The notes under the pieces: generated by a model
Seen by the model: the letters and a program-made list of their open reading frames with translations, nothing else
What the model was told of the DNA's origin: nothing
The model's database searches: none
DNA from: an uncultured Candidatus Saccharibacteria bacterium
Lineage (GTDB): Bacteria > Patescibacteriota > Saccharimonadia > CAILAD01 > BJGX01
DNA length: 64,000 nt
NCBI GenBank assembly: GCA_964610335.1
Contig: CAZSVP010000001.1
Coordinates: 223,442-287,441 of the forward strand
Direction of reading: 5' to 3'
Shown: in pieces, positions 1-10,025 of the stretch
Position numbering within the stretch: position 1 is the first letter of the stretch
Layout: each line of letters starts with the position of its first letter
Position numbers and translations under genes: made by a program

Positions 1-853
1 TATTCATAGGTATAGTTTGGTCAAAGCTGATCGTAAGATCCTTGTGAGCAACTTGTCTCTTGGACTCAAAATCTTCACGAGAGAAGGCACCGATACTTGC
101 TGCAACTGTCCGCCCACTGGTGTTGTTTAGTAAGTAGTGGTTTAGCAACTCCATTCCCGAAGATGGCGATAACAAAACAGAGTATTCTGCGCTTGGTAGA
201 GTAGCTTTGTTCTCTAGGCGAGTGGCGTATTCACCGACTATTTTAAAGTTGTCGTTCTTGATGGCACTGGAATATTCGACCCCGGACTCATATGTGCCGA
301 GCTCACCATTGTAGTCAGCAAAACAACCGTAGCTGGTGCTACTAGAAGACATATAGACATCCTCAGAGTTGGCAAAAAACTTTTCCATATGTTGCACTTC
401 CACTTGGCCTTCGGTTGATTTCAATTTACTATCTAGGAGTTGTTTTTGAAGCGCGCTTATATCTTCTATTACCTTGTTTGGATGATTCTGGATGATATCA
501 AGCGTTGTCTCGCTCGCGAGTTTGATGGGTTTGAAATCTTTGGGAGGTTGAGCAAGCGGGATAAGCTCATTAACTGCAATGGTGTTAGCAAGTATGTGAT
601 TGGCAGCATCCGTGGGCGATGTGAACATAAATTGGTTAAAGCTACCATAACCCATTTGACCACCTTTGGTGATTGCCAAGTATTTAACTCGCTGGCCAAT
701 ATGATCTTGGATGGGTTGGTAAATGCCCCCGAGCTGATCATTCTGGAAGCCAGCTTTTAGGCTATGCACTGTATTGCTATATAGCTGAAACTCAGCAACT
801 TCTGAATGTTTTGCCAGCTCTGTGCTAAGTTGGGCTATGTAGTCGGATGTCAT
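1..853 (-). CDS. TldE/PmbA-family metalloprotease subunit (partial, runs off window start)
   Basis: ATG at 853 overlaps the tldD stop (ATGA). Both ends translated by hand in the same frame: MTSDYIAQLSTELAK... and ...RQVAHKDLTISFDQTIPMN. Typical tldD partner position. Confidence 0.75.
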   Translation of the reverse strand, partial: MTSDYIAQLSTELAKHSEVAEFQLYSNTVHSLKAGFQNDQLGGIYQPIQDHIGQRVKYLAITKGGQMGYGSFNQFMFTSPTDAANHILANTIAVNELIPLAQPPKDFKPIKLASETTLDIIQNHPNKVIEDISALQKQLLDSKLKSTEGQVEVQHMEKFFANSEDVYMSSSSTSYGCFADYNGELGTYESGVEYSSAIKNDNFKIVGEYATRLENKATLPSAEYSVLLSPSSGMELLNHYLLNNTSGRTVAASIGAFSREDFESKRQVAHKDLTISFDQTIPMN

Positions 854-2352
854 GCTATTGTCACCTCATCGGTTGGGGCAAACATAATAAACTCGTTGCC
901 ACCATCACGCACATGAGCCACTTGGTCACTTTTGCCACAGTATCCTCCTGGCTCAAATATGACATCACCAAAACCAGCGGTGATTGATTTGAGCGCTCCC
1001 AGAACGTTGCCCGAAAAAGACACTGGTTGTTTGGGTACAACTTTATCGCGTGTTACTTCGTAGACAAACCCTGTGCCAAACATAAAAGTACCATTGGCTG
1101 GATTAACCATACCTCCAGTCATTTGCTGAAGGTAGTACACAACAGGATGTTCATCCAATATGCCTTCTTTAAGTAGCAATGCTTGTAGGGCAGTCGGGCT
1201 ATTACTATGGTCAAATTCAGTGGTATCAACTTCTTTGGTGTCGCTAACACTCACATAAGTATTGGACATGCGAGGTATGGCAGGGGCCCAGTAACCTTCG
1301 GAGCGCTCGCAGTTCTTGTTTTCTACACCAGTCTTGGAAGCTGTAAATACGTCACTGATTGATTCTCTCAGCACGCCGCGATCGATAATGGTTACAGGTT
1401 GACGCGCATTGCCAAAGGCACCATATGGATGGAAGCCGTGTGTAAGATTTGGCTCATGGTCAATGATGCTAACTATAGGCGAGGCAACTTTATCGCCAGC
1501 TTTGTATCGACCTTGGTTGGTAGTTAGAACACTGTTGTTGGTGACTACAGCATCAGATTCAGCTGGATGACCAAGCGCTTCGTGCGCAATCATACCGACA
1601 AGGTTGCTGTCTAGGACAAGTGGGTAGTGGCCAGCTTTGATGCTATCAGCGGTTATTTGATCTTTAAGTAGTTTGTAAGCATGCTTTAAGTCCTTGGTAT
1701 ATAGATTTATGCCCTTGAACAACTCTGTTGGTGTAGTATCGAAGAAACGAGCAGCTGTCGAGCTGCTAGCTGAATCCTTCTTGAGTGTCATCTGTACCAT
1801 AAGTCGAGTTTTTGGATTACTCCAATCTACATCGGTTCCATCAGATCGAATTATACGCCACTGATCGAGCTCAAAGTTGAACCTAATAAGCGACGTAAGT
1901 GCCTTGTCTATTACTATTAACTCATTGTGAATAACACTCAGTTTTTGATCGAGTTCAACAATATCAATATCAGCAGCATCAAAATGCATGTAGTGTAAGT
2001 CGTCTTGACCTATGTTTGGTTGCTTTGGAAGATCATATATTTCTGCAGCCGTAGCCAATCCGGCTTTGGCATTGGTTTCGGCAATATTTGCTAAGCGGTT
2101 GTACAACTGAGTAACGCTCTCTTCAGATAAGTTATTGGTTGAGCCAAATCCGACATGCCCAGACTTGGTAAACACGTACATACCGCAACCCACATCGATA
2201 TCAGTTCGTGCCTTGTAAATATTGCCGACCTTGTACTCGGCCTCAAAGAAGTCGTGCTGATGAAATCTCAAAACAACATACATACTATCCTGCTTAGCAC
2301 TTTCAAGAATCATGTTGGCAATATTGTCATACTGTTGTAGTAGCTTGCTCAT
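850..2352 (-). CDS. tldD: TldD-family metalloprotease
   Basis: HEALGHPAE zinc motif, PRMSNTY motif and C-terminal GYCGK. Confidence 0.9.
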   Translation of the reverse strand: MSKLLQQYDNIANMILESAKQDSMYVVLRFHQHDFFEAEYKVGNIYKARTDIDVGCGMYVFTKSGHVGFGSTNNLSEESVTQLYNRLANIAETNAKAGLATAAEIYDLPKQPNIGQDDLHYMHFDAADIDIVELDQKLSVIHNELIVIDKALTSLIRFNFELDQWRIIRSDGTDVDWSNPKTRLMVQMTLKKDSASSSTAARFFDTTPTELFKGINLYTKDLKHAYKLLKDQITADSIKAGHYPLVLDSNLVGMIAHEALGHPAESDAVVTNNSVLTTNQGRYKAGDKVASPIVSIIDHEPNLTHGFHPYGAFGNARQPVTIIDRGVLRESISDVFTASKTGVENKNCERSEGYWAPAIPRMSNTYVSVSDTKEVDTTEFDHSNSPTALQALLLKEGILDEHPVVYYLQQMTGGMVNPANGTFMFGTGFVYEVTRDKVVPKQPVSFSGNVLGALKSITAGFGDVIFEPGGYCGKSDQVAHVRDGGNEFIMFAPTDEVTIA

Positions 2353-2419
2353 AGTAGCTCATTATAACCTGGCTACCGTCAATTTCCAACCTGGACAAGC
2401 CAAGCGTATAATAAAGATC

Positions 2420-3829
2420 ATGAAGAAATGGTGGTGGCTGGCGATTGGCGCGACAGCAAGCTTGGTGCTAGTGTTGGCTTTGATTCTGTCATGGTACTTA
2501 TTGGGTCATCGTACCAAACCAGCTGTAGTCGCAAAACCAGTGTTGATACTACGCATCGATGATAGTTTGAGCACCGAGCGGAAAGCTACCATTACCAAGG
2601 TCATAACCGACTATATGGAGCAAAATGGCAAGTTACTGAAACTAGATAATCAAGCAAACGAACCGGATCTGACAATTTGGTCGCAATCAGGTGCGCGCAA
2701 CGAGCAACCGATTGAATTTGCCGACCAACCACAGCCACAGCAGTTAAGTGGGGGCGAGGTAGTTAAAAGTACAAAAACCCCAATTCTTTTTATGTCCTAT
2801 GCTGACTCGGCTTCAGCGAAATCGCTTAGCCAATTCGATGTAGGTCAACTCTCAGCCACTTTGCAAGATCGGCTTAAACATAGTGCCCAATCTTGGACTC
2901 TCAATGCGGTGGGCGACATCATCATCGGTCGTACTGTTTACGAGCAAGAGATGAAGCGGAATGATTTCACAAGCAGTTTTGTCAAGGTGGCAGACTTTTT
3001 GAAAAGTGCTGATCTTACGGTTGCTAACAATGAAAGTACCTTGGCCGATGGTATACCTTACCCGTTGGCTGGCTTGAGCTTCGCAGCACCAGCCCGAGCG
3101 ATTGACGGACATGTATTTGCGGGGATCGATGCAGTGGGGCTAGCTAACAACCATGCCTTCAATGGCGGCGCCGACGCTTTTTTACAAATGATCGATAATT
3201 TTCACAAACGAGGTATCCAGACCTTTGGTGGTGGTGCCAACGACACCGAGGCTCGCAAACCAGCTATTATTGATGTCAAAGGCACCAAGGTAGCGCTATT
3301 GGCCTACGACACCATACCAGGCAATGGTCGGGCTACTGCTACTAGTGCTGGTCAACCATTTATATCTATGGCGCCGTGGGGTCCATTTAGTGAGGCGGAT
3401 GTTGCTCAAATGGAAACGGATATCAAAGCTGCCAAAACTCAAGCCGATGTAGTGTTGCCGTATTATCACTGGAGTGAAGAGTATACTCACCAAGCCAATG
3501 AACAGATGCGCATAGTGGCACACCGTGCGATCGATGCCGGCGCTACTATGGTGATTGGCAGCCATCCGCATTGGGTGCAAGGCATCGAGTGGTACAATGG
3601 CCACCTTATAAGCTATAGCCTAGGTAACTTCGTGTTTGATCAGGAACAAATGCTCAAGACCAAGCAGGGATTGATACTTAGCGCTACATTTAACGGCCCT
3701 AACTTGGTATCAGCCAAATATACTCCTATTCAGATTGAACAGTATTTTCAACCACATTTACTTGAAGGGGCGCCTGCTAGCCAAGTACTTAACGACGTAT
3801 TCACTCATAGCTGGTGGTCAATTAGATAA
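2420..3829 (+). CDS. CapA/PGA_cap family metallophosphoesterase with N-terminal TM anchor
   Basis: VGDIIIGR, ANNE, LANNH, YHWSEE, GSHPHWVQ and YSLGNFVFD motifs; TATAAT 7 nt before ATG 2420. Confidence 0.85.
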   Translation: MKKWWWLAIGATASLVLVLALILSWYLLGHRTKPAVVAKPVLILRIDDSLSTERKATITKVITDYMEQNGKLLKLDNQANEPDLTIWSQSGARNEQPIEFADQPQPQQLSGGEVVKSTKTPILFMSYADSASAKSLSQFDVGQLSATLQDRLKHSAQSWTLNAVGDIIIGRTVYEQEMKRNDFTSSFVKVADFLKSADLTVANNESTLADGIPYPLAGLSFAAPARAIDGHVFAGIDAVGLANNHAFNGGADAFLQMIDNFHKRGIQTFGGGANDTEARKPAIIDVKGTKVALLAYDTIPGNGRATATSAGQPFISMAPWGPFSEADVAQMETDIKAAKTQADVVLPYYHWSEEYTHQANEQMRIVAHRAIDAGATMVIGSHPHWVQGIEWYNGHLISYSLGNFVFDQEQMLKTKQGLILSATFNGPNLVSAKYTPIQIEQYFQPHLLEGAPASQVLNDVFTHSWWSIR

Positions 3830-3859
3830 GCATTAGTAATATGTGATAAAATAGTGGCA

Positions 3860-5386
3860 ATGAAGAAAACAGTAAAAAGTAACGTCAGAAAAACTAGTCG
3901 TAAACAATCTAGTAAGATTAAAACATGGCAAGCAGTACTAGCTATTGTGGTAATTGCGAGTGTGGGCATTCTGATAGTTTATCGGAGCTTTGCTAGTACT
4001 GACTTTGTGTATAAAAAAAGCTACAAGAATGTGGATACAAAGGTTTTACAAACCAAAGACACACAACAAGCTATGTCGACTGGAGGTGCTAAGAAAGTTC
4101 CAGTAGTGCAACTGAAATCAGATGGTAAGTTACCAAATCCCAACAAAAATGCAGTCAGTTATCACTTCACTTTGCCGGTTGGGGAGTATAAGCTTTGTCA
4201 GAAGGGGCAAGTCTTAAGTGATACTGCAACGCTTGAGATTGGCTTGCTTGCCAATGGTGCTGATGCCACTGCAGGAACTGATAGTAAGACATTCAATAAG
4301 AATGAGAATATAGCGGAATTGCTCTGCGCAGAATTTAGTATCCCGCTTGATCTGCCTAAGAACGCAGGTGAAGTGGAATACATTGTTAGAGTGCCTCAGG
4401 ATCCTGCTAAGCCAGATGCGATTTCTTATATTAATCTGAGCAGTTTCGATATTTACGTCCAAAATGACATTAATGTAGGTACAGGCACAAGAAATAATGA
4501 ACAGCATATCGGACATACCTGTAATGGCAGTAGGGTTATTAAAGGTCAGATAACTGATCAATTGGGTGGCCCAGTGCCGGCACAAATAGGAATTGATTTT
4601 CACTATCCCGACAACTATACGGGTAGTAAAGAACAGGATACTAGTACTGGTTATGAAAGGCTAGTTTACTTAAACATTACTGACCCCCAAGAGAAGAATA
4701 AAAATTGGTGTGCCAATATTCCGGCAGGGGTAGATAGTGTTTCAATAGAGTCGTATTCGAGAACTGTTTATGATCATGCCGGACAGTTGGTTAACAACGC
4801 ATTAATGTTTGGGGATTCCCAAAACCATAGTATAGACTTACCAAGCACTGGTAATAAAACACAAAATCTAGTTTTACCAAATGTGTGTGGTACTCTGGGT
4901 ATCCCTGATTCGAACAGTACTGGTTCGGTCACGATGGAGAGTGTAAGAATTAACGGCGATCTACAAGACATTACACCTAATCCGAACGATCAGGCAAGTA
5001 ATAAAATATGGAGGAGTGTGGCTTGGTCAAGAAACTTAGATCCTGGTCAGACTATAGCGGGCTTTGGTGGAGTGAATGTTAAACACAAGGGTGAGCAAAA
5101 CGCCAATGTGCTTGATCGGCTTGCTCCTAAACAGAAATATTTAACCAAGTTCTTTGTGATTCGAGGCAACCACCAATATAAATTTGAGATTCCAGGTGTT
5201 TATGTAACAGGATGTGGTGATACACGACTGAGAGTAGCGATTAACGATAGCCAATTCGGCCACTACAACAGTACAGTATCGGGTTTTGCTAATGTGTATT
5301 TACCAGGTGGAGATCCAAACAATCCACAAAAGATTGACTTTTCTTCCATCGTTGAAGAGCCAGCCGAACAACTTATTATTCAGTAG
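3860..5386 (+). CDS. Exported/surface protein, unknown function
   Basis: Basic N-terminus, hydrophobic helix ending ...YRSFA, then a long beta-rich body with Cys residues. Confidence 0.7.
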   Translation: MKKTVKSNVRKTSRKQSSKIKTWQAVLAIVVIASVGILIVYRSFASTDFVYKKSYKNVDTKVLQTKDTQQAMSTGGAKKVPVVQLKSDGKLPNPNKNAVSYHFTLPVGEYKLCQKGQVLSDTATLEIGLLANGADATAGTDSKTFNKNENIAELLCAEFSIPLDLPKNAGEVEYIVRVPQDPAKPDAISYINLSSFDIYVQNDINVGTGTRNNEQHIGHTCNGSRVIKGQITDQLGGPVPAQIGIDFHYPDNYTGSKEQDTSTGYERLVYLNITDPQEKNKNWCANIPAGVDSVSIESYSRTVYDHAGQLVNNALMFGDSQNHSIDLPSTGNKTQNLVLPNVCGTLGIPDSNSTGSVTMESVRINGDLQDITPNPNDQASNKIWRSVAWSRNLDPGQTIAGFGGVNVKHKGEQNANVLDRLAPKQKYLTKFFVIRGNHQYKFEIPGVYVTGCGDTRLRVAINDSQFGHYNSTVSGFANVYLPGGDPNNPQKIDFSSIVEEPAEQLIIQ

Positions 5387-5424
5387 ACACCTGTTTTAGA
5401 TTAGTTTTGTAATACAATTGAGCC

Positions 5425-5838
5425 ATGGAAGATCACGCGGTACTGGTAATACAGCAAAGCGGTAAGTGTTTGTTTGTACAGCGCTCCATGCAAAAGAAAC
5501 ATTTGCCAGGAGCTTGGGCGTTTGCCTCTGGCACTGTTGAGGATGGAGAATCATTGGAAGATACTGCTAAACGTGAGGCAGTTGAAGAATTTGGGGTGCA
5601 AGTACGTCCGGTGCGAGTATTTGCGAAGTACGAGCTCGAAGATGTGTCTATCCGTCTACACTTCGTACTATGCGAACTCGTGAGTGGCGAACCGGAAGTG
5701 AAGGATCCAGCTGAAGCGGAACAGCTGGCCTGGTTGAGCATGAAAGATTTATTTGCCAAGTACCCAGACGATCAGATTGGACATGGTCTGCGCTGGCTGC
5801 GTGCTAATCCGGCTGTTTGGCAAAGTATAGGTTTATAA
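5425..5838 (+). CDS. NUDIX hydrolase
   Basis: Nudix box GTVEDGESLEDTAKREAVEEFG. Confidence 0.9.
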   Translation: MEDHAVLVIQQSGKCLFVQRSMQKKHLPGAWAFASGTVEDGESLEDTAKREAVEEFGVQVRPVRVFAKYELEDVSIRLHFVLCELVSGEPEVKDPAEAEQLAWLSMKDLFAKYPDDQIGHGLRWLRANPAVWQSIGL

Positions 5839-5841
5839 AAA

Positions 5842-5898
5842 CACGATGACCGGCGTGGAGGCTCCCGAAGAAGCTCCCACACCGGCCTGGTCATCGTG
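5842..5898 (-). terminator. GC-rich terminal hairpin of islet 5.8-6.3 kb
   Basis: CACGATGACC...GGTCATCGTG outer stem, inner stem with C(UUCG)G loop on the minus strand, followed by TTTTT. Confidence 0.7.
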
Positions 5899-5899
5899 A

Positions 5900-6181
5900 C
5901 TACTCGTCCTCTTCGCGCCCCCAGAGGAGCAGACCGACGTCGGCCGAAACCGAGCACCGATGTAGAGGAAGAGTATGAACATCGCGAAGATCCAGAGCCC
6001 AGTCAACCAGCCAGTATCCAAACGAGGTATGGCTACACAGCCAGCAACAGGTAAGACGGGCGTCCACGAACTCCACGACCCCAGCTACAGCCTCAGCCCA
6101 CCAAGGGACGTAGGCCACAGAGAGCTCGTATGAGTACGGCTCATCACCTTCGTGATGTTGATGTACAGACCACGTACGCAT
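5900..6181 (-). CDS. Hypothetical protein (GC-rich islet)
   Basis: 93-aa ORF, GAAAGG upstream of ATG, high GC3. Confidence 0.6.
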   Translation of the reverse strand: MRTWSVHQHHEGDEPYSYELSVAYVPWWAEAVAGVVEFVDARLTCCWLCSHTSFGYWLVDWALDLRDVHTLPLHRCSVSADVGLLLWGREEDE

Positions 6182-6287
6182 GTTGGTGCCTTTCAGGCCG
6201 CCCTCCGGGGTGGAGGGCTAGAGCCTCTCAGGCGCGCCGTTCGATCCCATCTCGTCTCCTTTCGGTAGACAGTACGATGACAGCTAG

Positions 6288-6316
6288 ATATTATTCCTAC
6301 AAACTGAGGTTGTCAA
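6288..6316 (-). promoter_or_regulatory. sigma70 promoter of islet
   Basis: TTGACA-N17-TAATAT on the minus strand; the -35 lies inside the last codons of the upstream reductase gene. Confidence 0.7.
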
Positions 6317-6851
6317 CCAAGCTGTCGAGATCGCGCACCATGCCGGCTACCATGTCTGCCAAGTAAGTAGCTTCAGTCTTACCCATCTGATCAATCACAT
6401 CTTGAGCCTTGCCGATACTAATGGCTGTTGATAGTGAATGCATACCTAGGTGATTTACCACTGGGAGTAGATGTTCGATCACGCGAGCGCCACCGACTGG
6501 GCCGGTAGAATAACTTACAAACCCAACTGGTTTGTTGTACCACTCAGGGTATAGCCAATCCAGCCCATTCTTGAGTGCGGCAGGGTAGCCATGGTTGTAC
6601 TCGGCCGTAACTATGATGTAAGCATTACAGCTAGATACAGCTTCCGACCATTTTGTCACTTCGTCGTGGTTGTATTTCCGCTCGGCATTGTGTGGCTCAA
6701 CAGCCATATCAAGCAGGGGCAAGTCGTAGTCTTTGATATCAAGCACGGTATACTCGGTCTGTAGATTACCAAGCTCAGTAATCAACCATTGTGTTACTCG
6801 GTCAGCCAATCGCCCCTCACGCACACTTCCTACTATTATTCCTAAATTCAT
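6297..6851 (-). CDS. NADPH-dependent FMN reductase
   Basis: IVGSVREGR, AEYNHGYPAALKNGLDW and KPVGFVSY motifs; GGGAG before ATG 6851. Confidence 0.9.
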   Translation of the reverse strand: MNLGIIVGSVREGRLADRVTQWLITELGNLQTEYTVLDIKDYDLPLLDMAVEPHNAERKYNHDEVTKWSEAVSSCNAYIIVTAEYNHGYPAALKNGLDWLYPEWYNKPVGFVSYSTGPVGGARVIEHLLPVVNHLGMHSLSTAISIGKAQDVIDQMGKTEATYLADMVAGMVRDLDSLVDNLSL

Positions 6852-6862
6852 ACTTACTCCCG

Positions 6863-7258
6863 TTAATTTGTAAATATTGTTCGAACCCATGCAATTGCAA
6901 ATAGTATGAACATAGGGCCGTGAACAATGACTCCTAGCCAGCTAATAAGCCCTTGCAATGCTGCCACTGTGAGAAACACTGCCAAGAAACCATGAAAGAA
7001 TGTGAGTGTTGCAATCGGGACTAACCACTTCTGATCGCGGCCAACTTTGCCGTACTCTATCACAGAGTAACCGCTAAGTAATGCCATACTAAGTGCCATT
7101 ACACCGACAATTCGAAACAGTATGGCTGGCTCCTGTGTATGCACAAGTGTTTGAAACATGCTCGGAGCTATTAGCAGTAGTGAGCCGAGTACTAGCTGTA
7201 CTGCAGTGTTGAGGTTTAGTGCATAGTATTCGTACTTATGGCTAAGCTGCATAAGCAT
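6863..7258 (-). CDS. Small integral membrane protein
   Basis: Four hydrophobic segments. Confidence 0.6.
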   Translation of the reverse strand: MLMQLSHKYEYYALNLNTAVQLVLGSLLLIAPSMFQTLVHTQEPAILFRIVGVMALSMALLSGYSVIEYGKVGRDQKWLVPIATLTFFHGFLAVFLTVAALQGLISWLGVIVHGPMFILFAIAWVRTIFTN

Positions 7259-7302
7259 ATTGTAGCATTATTGGTGGTGTTATAAGTGATACAATGTAGC
7301 CA

Positions 7303-7776
7303 ATGGATACCATCAAGCCGGTAATTGTAATAATCTTGGGCATAGTTCTTCTTGTGGTGTTACTTGGTATGCTCTACGGTACGTTTGTAACTTGGCGCGT
7401 GGAACATGCTAGCCAGCAGGCTGAGTTCCGAGCTGGCACACTACCAACTGAACTTCCGGATGGGGCATATGATGGTACTAGCCCGGATTTGGAACGCCGT
7501 AGTTGGCATGGCAAAAGTTTTGATAGGGCCAAATCAAGTGGCCTGAATCGGATAGGAAACGAAGAGAAATACCCATTTGTTATGAGTTTTGGCAGTGGTT
7601 TGCGAGATCCAATCAAAGTAATTACTATCGACTACAATCTGCCAGAAAATCCATGGTGGTTACGGCTTGTTACAGATGAAATCGTTCAAACAAGCCCAGA
7701 TCAATTTTTGGGTAAAGTTCATGTGCACATATTAGGTTTAACCTTTTCGATCGGATACTTCGAACTACAAAAATAG
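7303..7776 (+). CDS. Hypothetical membrane-anchored protein
   Basis: N-terminal TM; TACAAT 7 nt before ATG. Confidence 0.65.
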   Translation: MDTIKPVIVIILGIVLLVVLLGMLYGTFVTWRVEHASQQAEFRAGTLPTELPDGAYDGTSPDLERRSWHGKSFDRAKSSGLNRIGNEEKYPFVMSFGSGLRDPIKVITIDYNLPENPWWLRLVTDEIVQTSPDQFLGKVHVHILGLTFSIGYFELQK

Positions 7777-7777
7777 C

Positions 7778-8161
7778 TTACTTTTTCTTGAGGTCAAGGG
7801 CACAAGAGTTGATACAATATCGTTTTCCAGTTGTTTCGGCTGGTCCATCCTCAAACATATGGCCAAGGTGAGCACCACAATTGCTGCATACTACCTCTGT
7901 ACGCTCCATACCATGACTATGGTCGATAACCAATTTGGTTGAGCCAGGAATCGCCTGATCAAAGCTAGGCCATCCAGTATCACTATCAAACTTGGTACCA
8001 CTCTCAAAGAGCTTTTGGCCGCATACGGTACAGTGGTAACTCCCATCGGCATGCTCATTTACATATTTGCCCGTAAAAGCTGGCTCAGTGCCTTTCTCTT
8101 GAGTAACTTCGTATGTCATCGAGTCGAGCTTTTGTTTTAGTTCGTTCTTGTCTACTTTCAT
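7778..8161 (-). CDS. msrB: Peptide-methionine (R)-S-oxide reductase
   Basis: GTEPAF, GWPSF, HLGHMF and RYCINS motifs. Confidence 0.95.
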   Translation of the reverse strand: MKVDKNELKQKLDSMTYEVTQEKGTEPAFTGKYVNEHADGSYHCTVCGQKLFESGTKFDSDTGWPSFDQAIPGSTKLVIDHSHGMERTEVVCSNCGAHLGHMFEDGPAETTGKRYCINSCALDLKKK

Positions 8162-8170
8162 AATTATCTC

Positions 8171-9211
8171 CTAGTTTAAAGCTTCATTTATGTGTGCAGC
8201 AATTTTTTTGGCTTGACGTTGGCCTAGGGCATGGGTCTCTCCGGGGAGTAACTCCAGTCTTACTCGTTGGCGCATTACCTGACTGAGCTGTTGTTTGTAG
8301 AGCTTCATTATTGCTTCTGGGTTACTGATGCGGCTTTCTGTACCGTATATCAGTGTTATTTTGAGTCGTTCTTGGCTACCAAGCGCCATCATCATATCGT
8401 CTGCTAGATTACCCTTGGCCATTGCCCGGGTATAACTAAGGAAGTTGGTATCAAAGCCTTGACGGGCTAGTGATGCAAAGAATTTGATAGTATCTACAAT
8501 TGTGTCATTTTCTGTGTATCTAGGGTCGTGAGAAAGCTCGTTGTAACGCATCAGGTTTGGGTTCTCTCCCACAAAGTCCTTTGTTAGCCGAGCTAAGCTA
8601 CGATCCTCCATACCTGGTGGATCGATTAGTATAAGTGAATCTATATCTATGCCGTATCTGCTTGCATTGGCAGCGAGGCTTGCAGCTATGCGAGCTCCCA
8701 TGGAGGTACCCTCCAGACTAGCTCGATTTATTCCTTGTGTTTTTAGGGCTGATAACAAGGGGTTGGCAAGTGCTTCGAAACCACTGCCATGCTTCAACTC
8801 CTCGCGCTGCTCTTTTGAAAGTTTGTCACCGAATGCGCTAGTATTGGGGTTGTTTATTATCCACATCGGTCGGCCGGTCTGAATAGCAGTTTGTTCGGCC
8901 TCGTAGTTTGTACCTTCATGTTGGGTATTGATGCTCCAAGCTAGAGTCATAATAACGGGGTCGCCCTCCGCATCTCGATTGAGATGGAGGACCTCAAAAC
9001 TTTGACCTGTTTCAGGATCGGTTATAAGCATGGTATCTTCTAACTCGCGTTGCAGCTCAGCAGACGGTATCAACTCTTCGGCTGGTTTGAGATCAGTTTC
9101 AACTCCAGGCCTAAGCTGAAAATCGGGATTATTTCCGGTTATATTCAGGTTAAACTGTGCAATTGGATTTTGATCCATCGGAGTGTTTGGCTGCTTCTCA
9201 GACATAAGCAT
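8171..9211 (-). CDS. Alpha/beta-fold hydrolase
   Basis: GTSMG nucleophile elbow, LILIDP, C-terminal GETH. Confidence 0.75.
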   Translation of the reverse strand: MLMSEKQPNTPMDQNPIAQFNLNITGNNPDFQLRPGVETDLKPAEELIPSAELQRELEDTMLITDPETGQSFEVLHLNRDAEGDPVIMTLAWSINTQHEGTNYEAEQTAIQTGRPMWIINNPNTSAFGDKLSKEQREELKHGSGFEALANPLLSALKTQGINRASLEGTSMGARIAASLAANASRYGIDIDSLILIDPPGMEDRSLARLTKDFVGENPNLMRYNELSHDPRYTENDTIVDTIKFFASLARQGFDTNFLSYTRAMAKGNLADDMMMALGSQERLKITLIYGTESRISNPEAIMKLYKQQLSQVMRQRVRLELLPGETHALGQRQAKKIAAHINEALN

Positions 9212-9239
9212 ATTGTATCACGTGTGATATGATTGTCAG

Positions 9240-10025
9240 ATGGAGAAGGAGAGGGTTAGAACTCGTGTAGATAATCAAGAAGACGATGCTATTGATGCTG
9301 GTATGCGCAAGCGGTTGCGACAATTGCGTGCCGTAATGTTGGCCACTGGCATTACGCTTAGTGGTATGGCTTATCGAGAGGCACAGAGTTCTGCACAGCC
9401 TCCACCTAAGGTCAATGTAGCTTCGGCAAATGTTGTACATCGACCAGCTGAAGTAGCTACTCCAATGCCAAATCAATCAGAGTCGGAGCACAATGCCACG
9501 TCTGCAGTTGAGCCGATGGGTTGGCTGCCGGAGGAAGTAGTGCAAGAATGGCCTTTGATAGAGAAGTACGCTATACAGAACGACATTGATCCCAGGTTTT
9601 TGGCTGTTGTGATTACTGAAGAATCATTGGGACAGAATCTTCAAAATCCAAGTGGGGCATCAGGCCCAGCGCAAGTAATGCAATCAACAGCAGACGGACT
9701 AGCCACTTACTATAAAAGTGATCATCAGATTGACACAACAACTGTGGAAGGCAGTATCGAGGCTGGCGCGCTGGCCATGCGCTACATAAAAGAGCGGTAT
9801 CTGGACAAACTACCAATAGAGCCATACTCGAATGAATGGATCTACCTTATGACAATAGGGTATGGCGATGGTGAACCCGCGCTACTAAACTATTTTGCTC
9901 ACGGCACCCTAAGTCAGCAAGCTCAAAACGTAGCCCCAATCTGGATAAACATGTGGAATGAACGAAATCATAATACAAGCGTCACGCTACAAAACTCGCG
10001 AGGTATAAGACTAAATGACCAGTAA
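9240..10025 (+). CDS. Lytic transglycosylase (SLT-like) domain protein
   Basis: IDPRFLAVVITEES (catalytic Glu) and SGASGPAQVM motifs. Confidence 0.75.
   Translation: MEKERVRTRVDNQEDDAIDAGMRKRLRQLRAVMLATGITLSGMAYREAQSSAQPPPKVNVASANVVHRPAEVATPMPNQSESEHNATSAVEPMGWLPEEVVQEWPLIEKYAIQNDIDPRFLAVVITEESLGQNLQNPSGASGPAQVMQSTADGLATYYKSDHQIDTTTVEGSIEAGALAMRYIKERYLDKLPIEPYSNEWIYLMTIGYGDGEPALLNYFAHGTLSQQAQNVAPIWINMWNERNHNTSVTLQNSRGIRLNDQ

Noticed and set aside
440-760. 106-aa plus-strand ORF
   Set aside because: Antisense to the PmbA-like gene that starts at 853.
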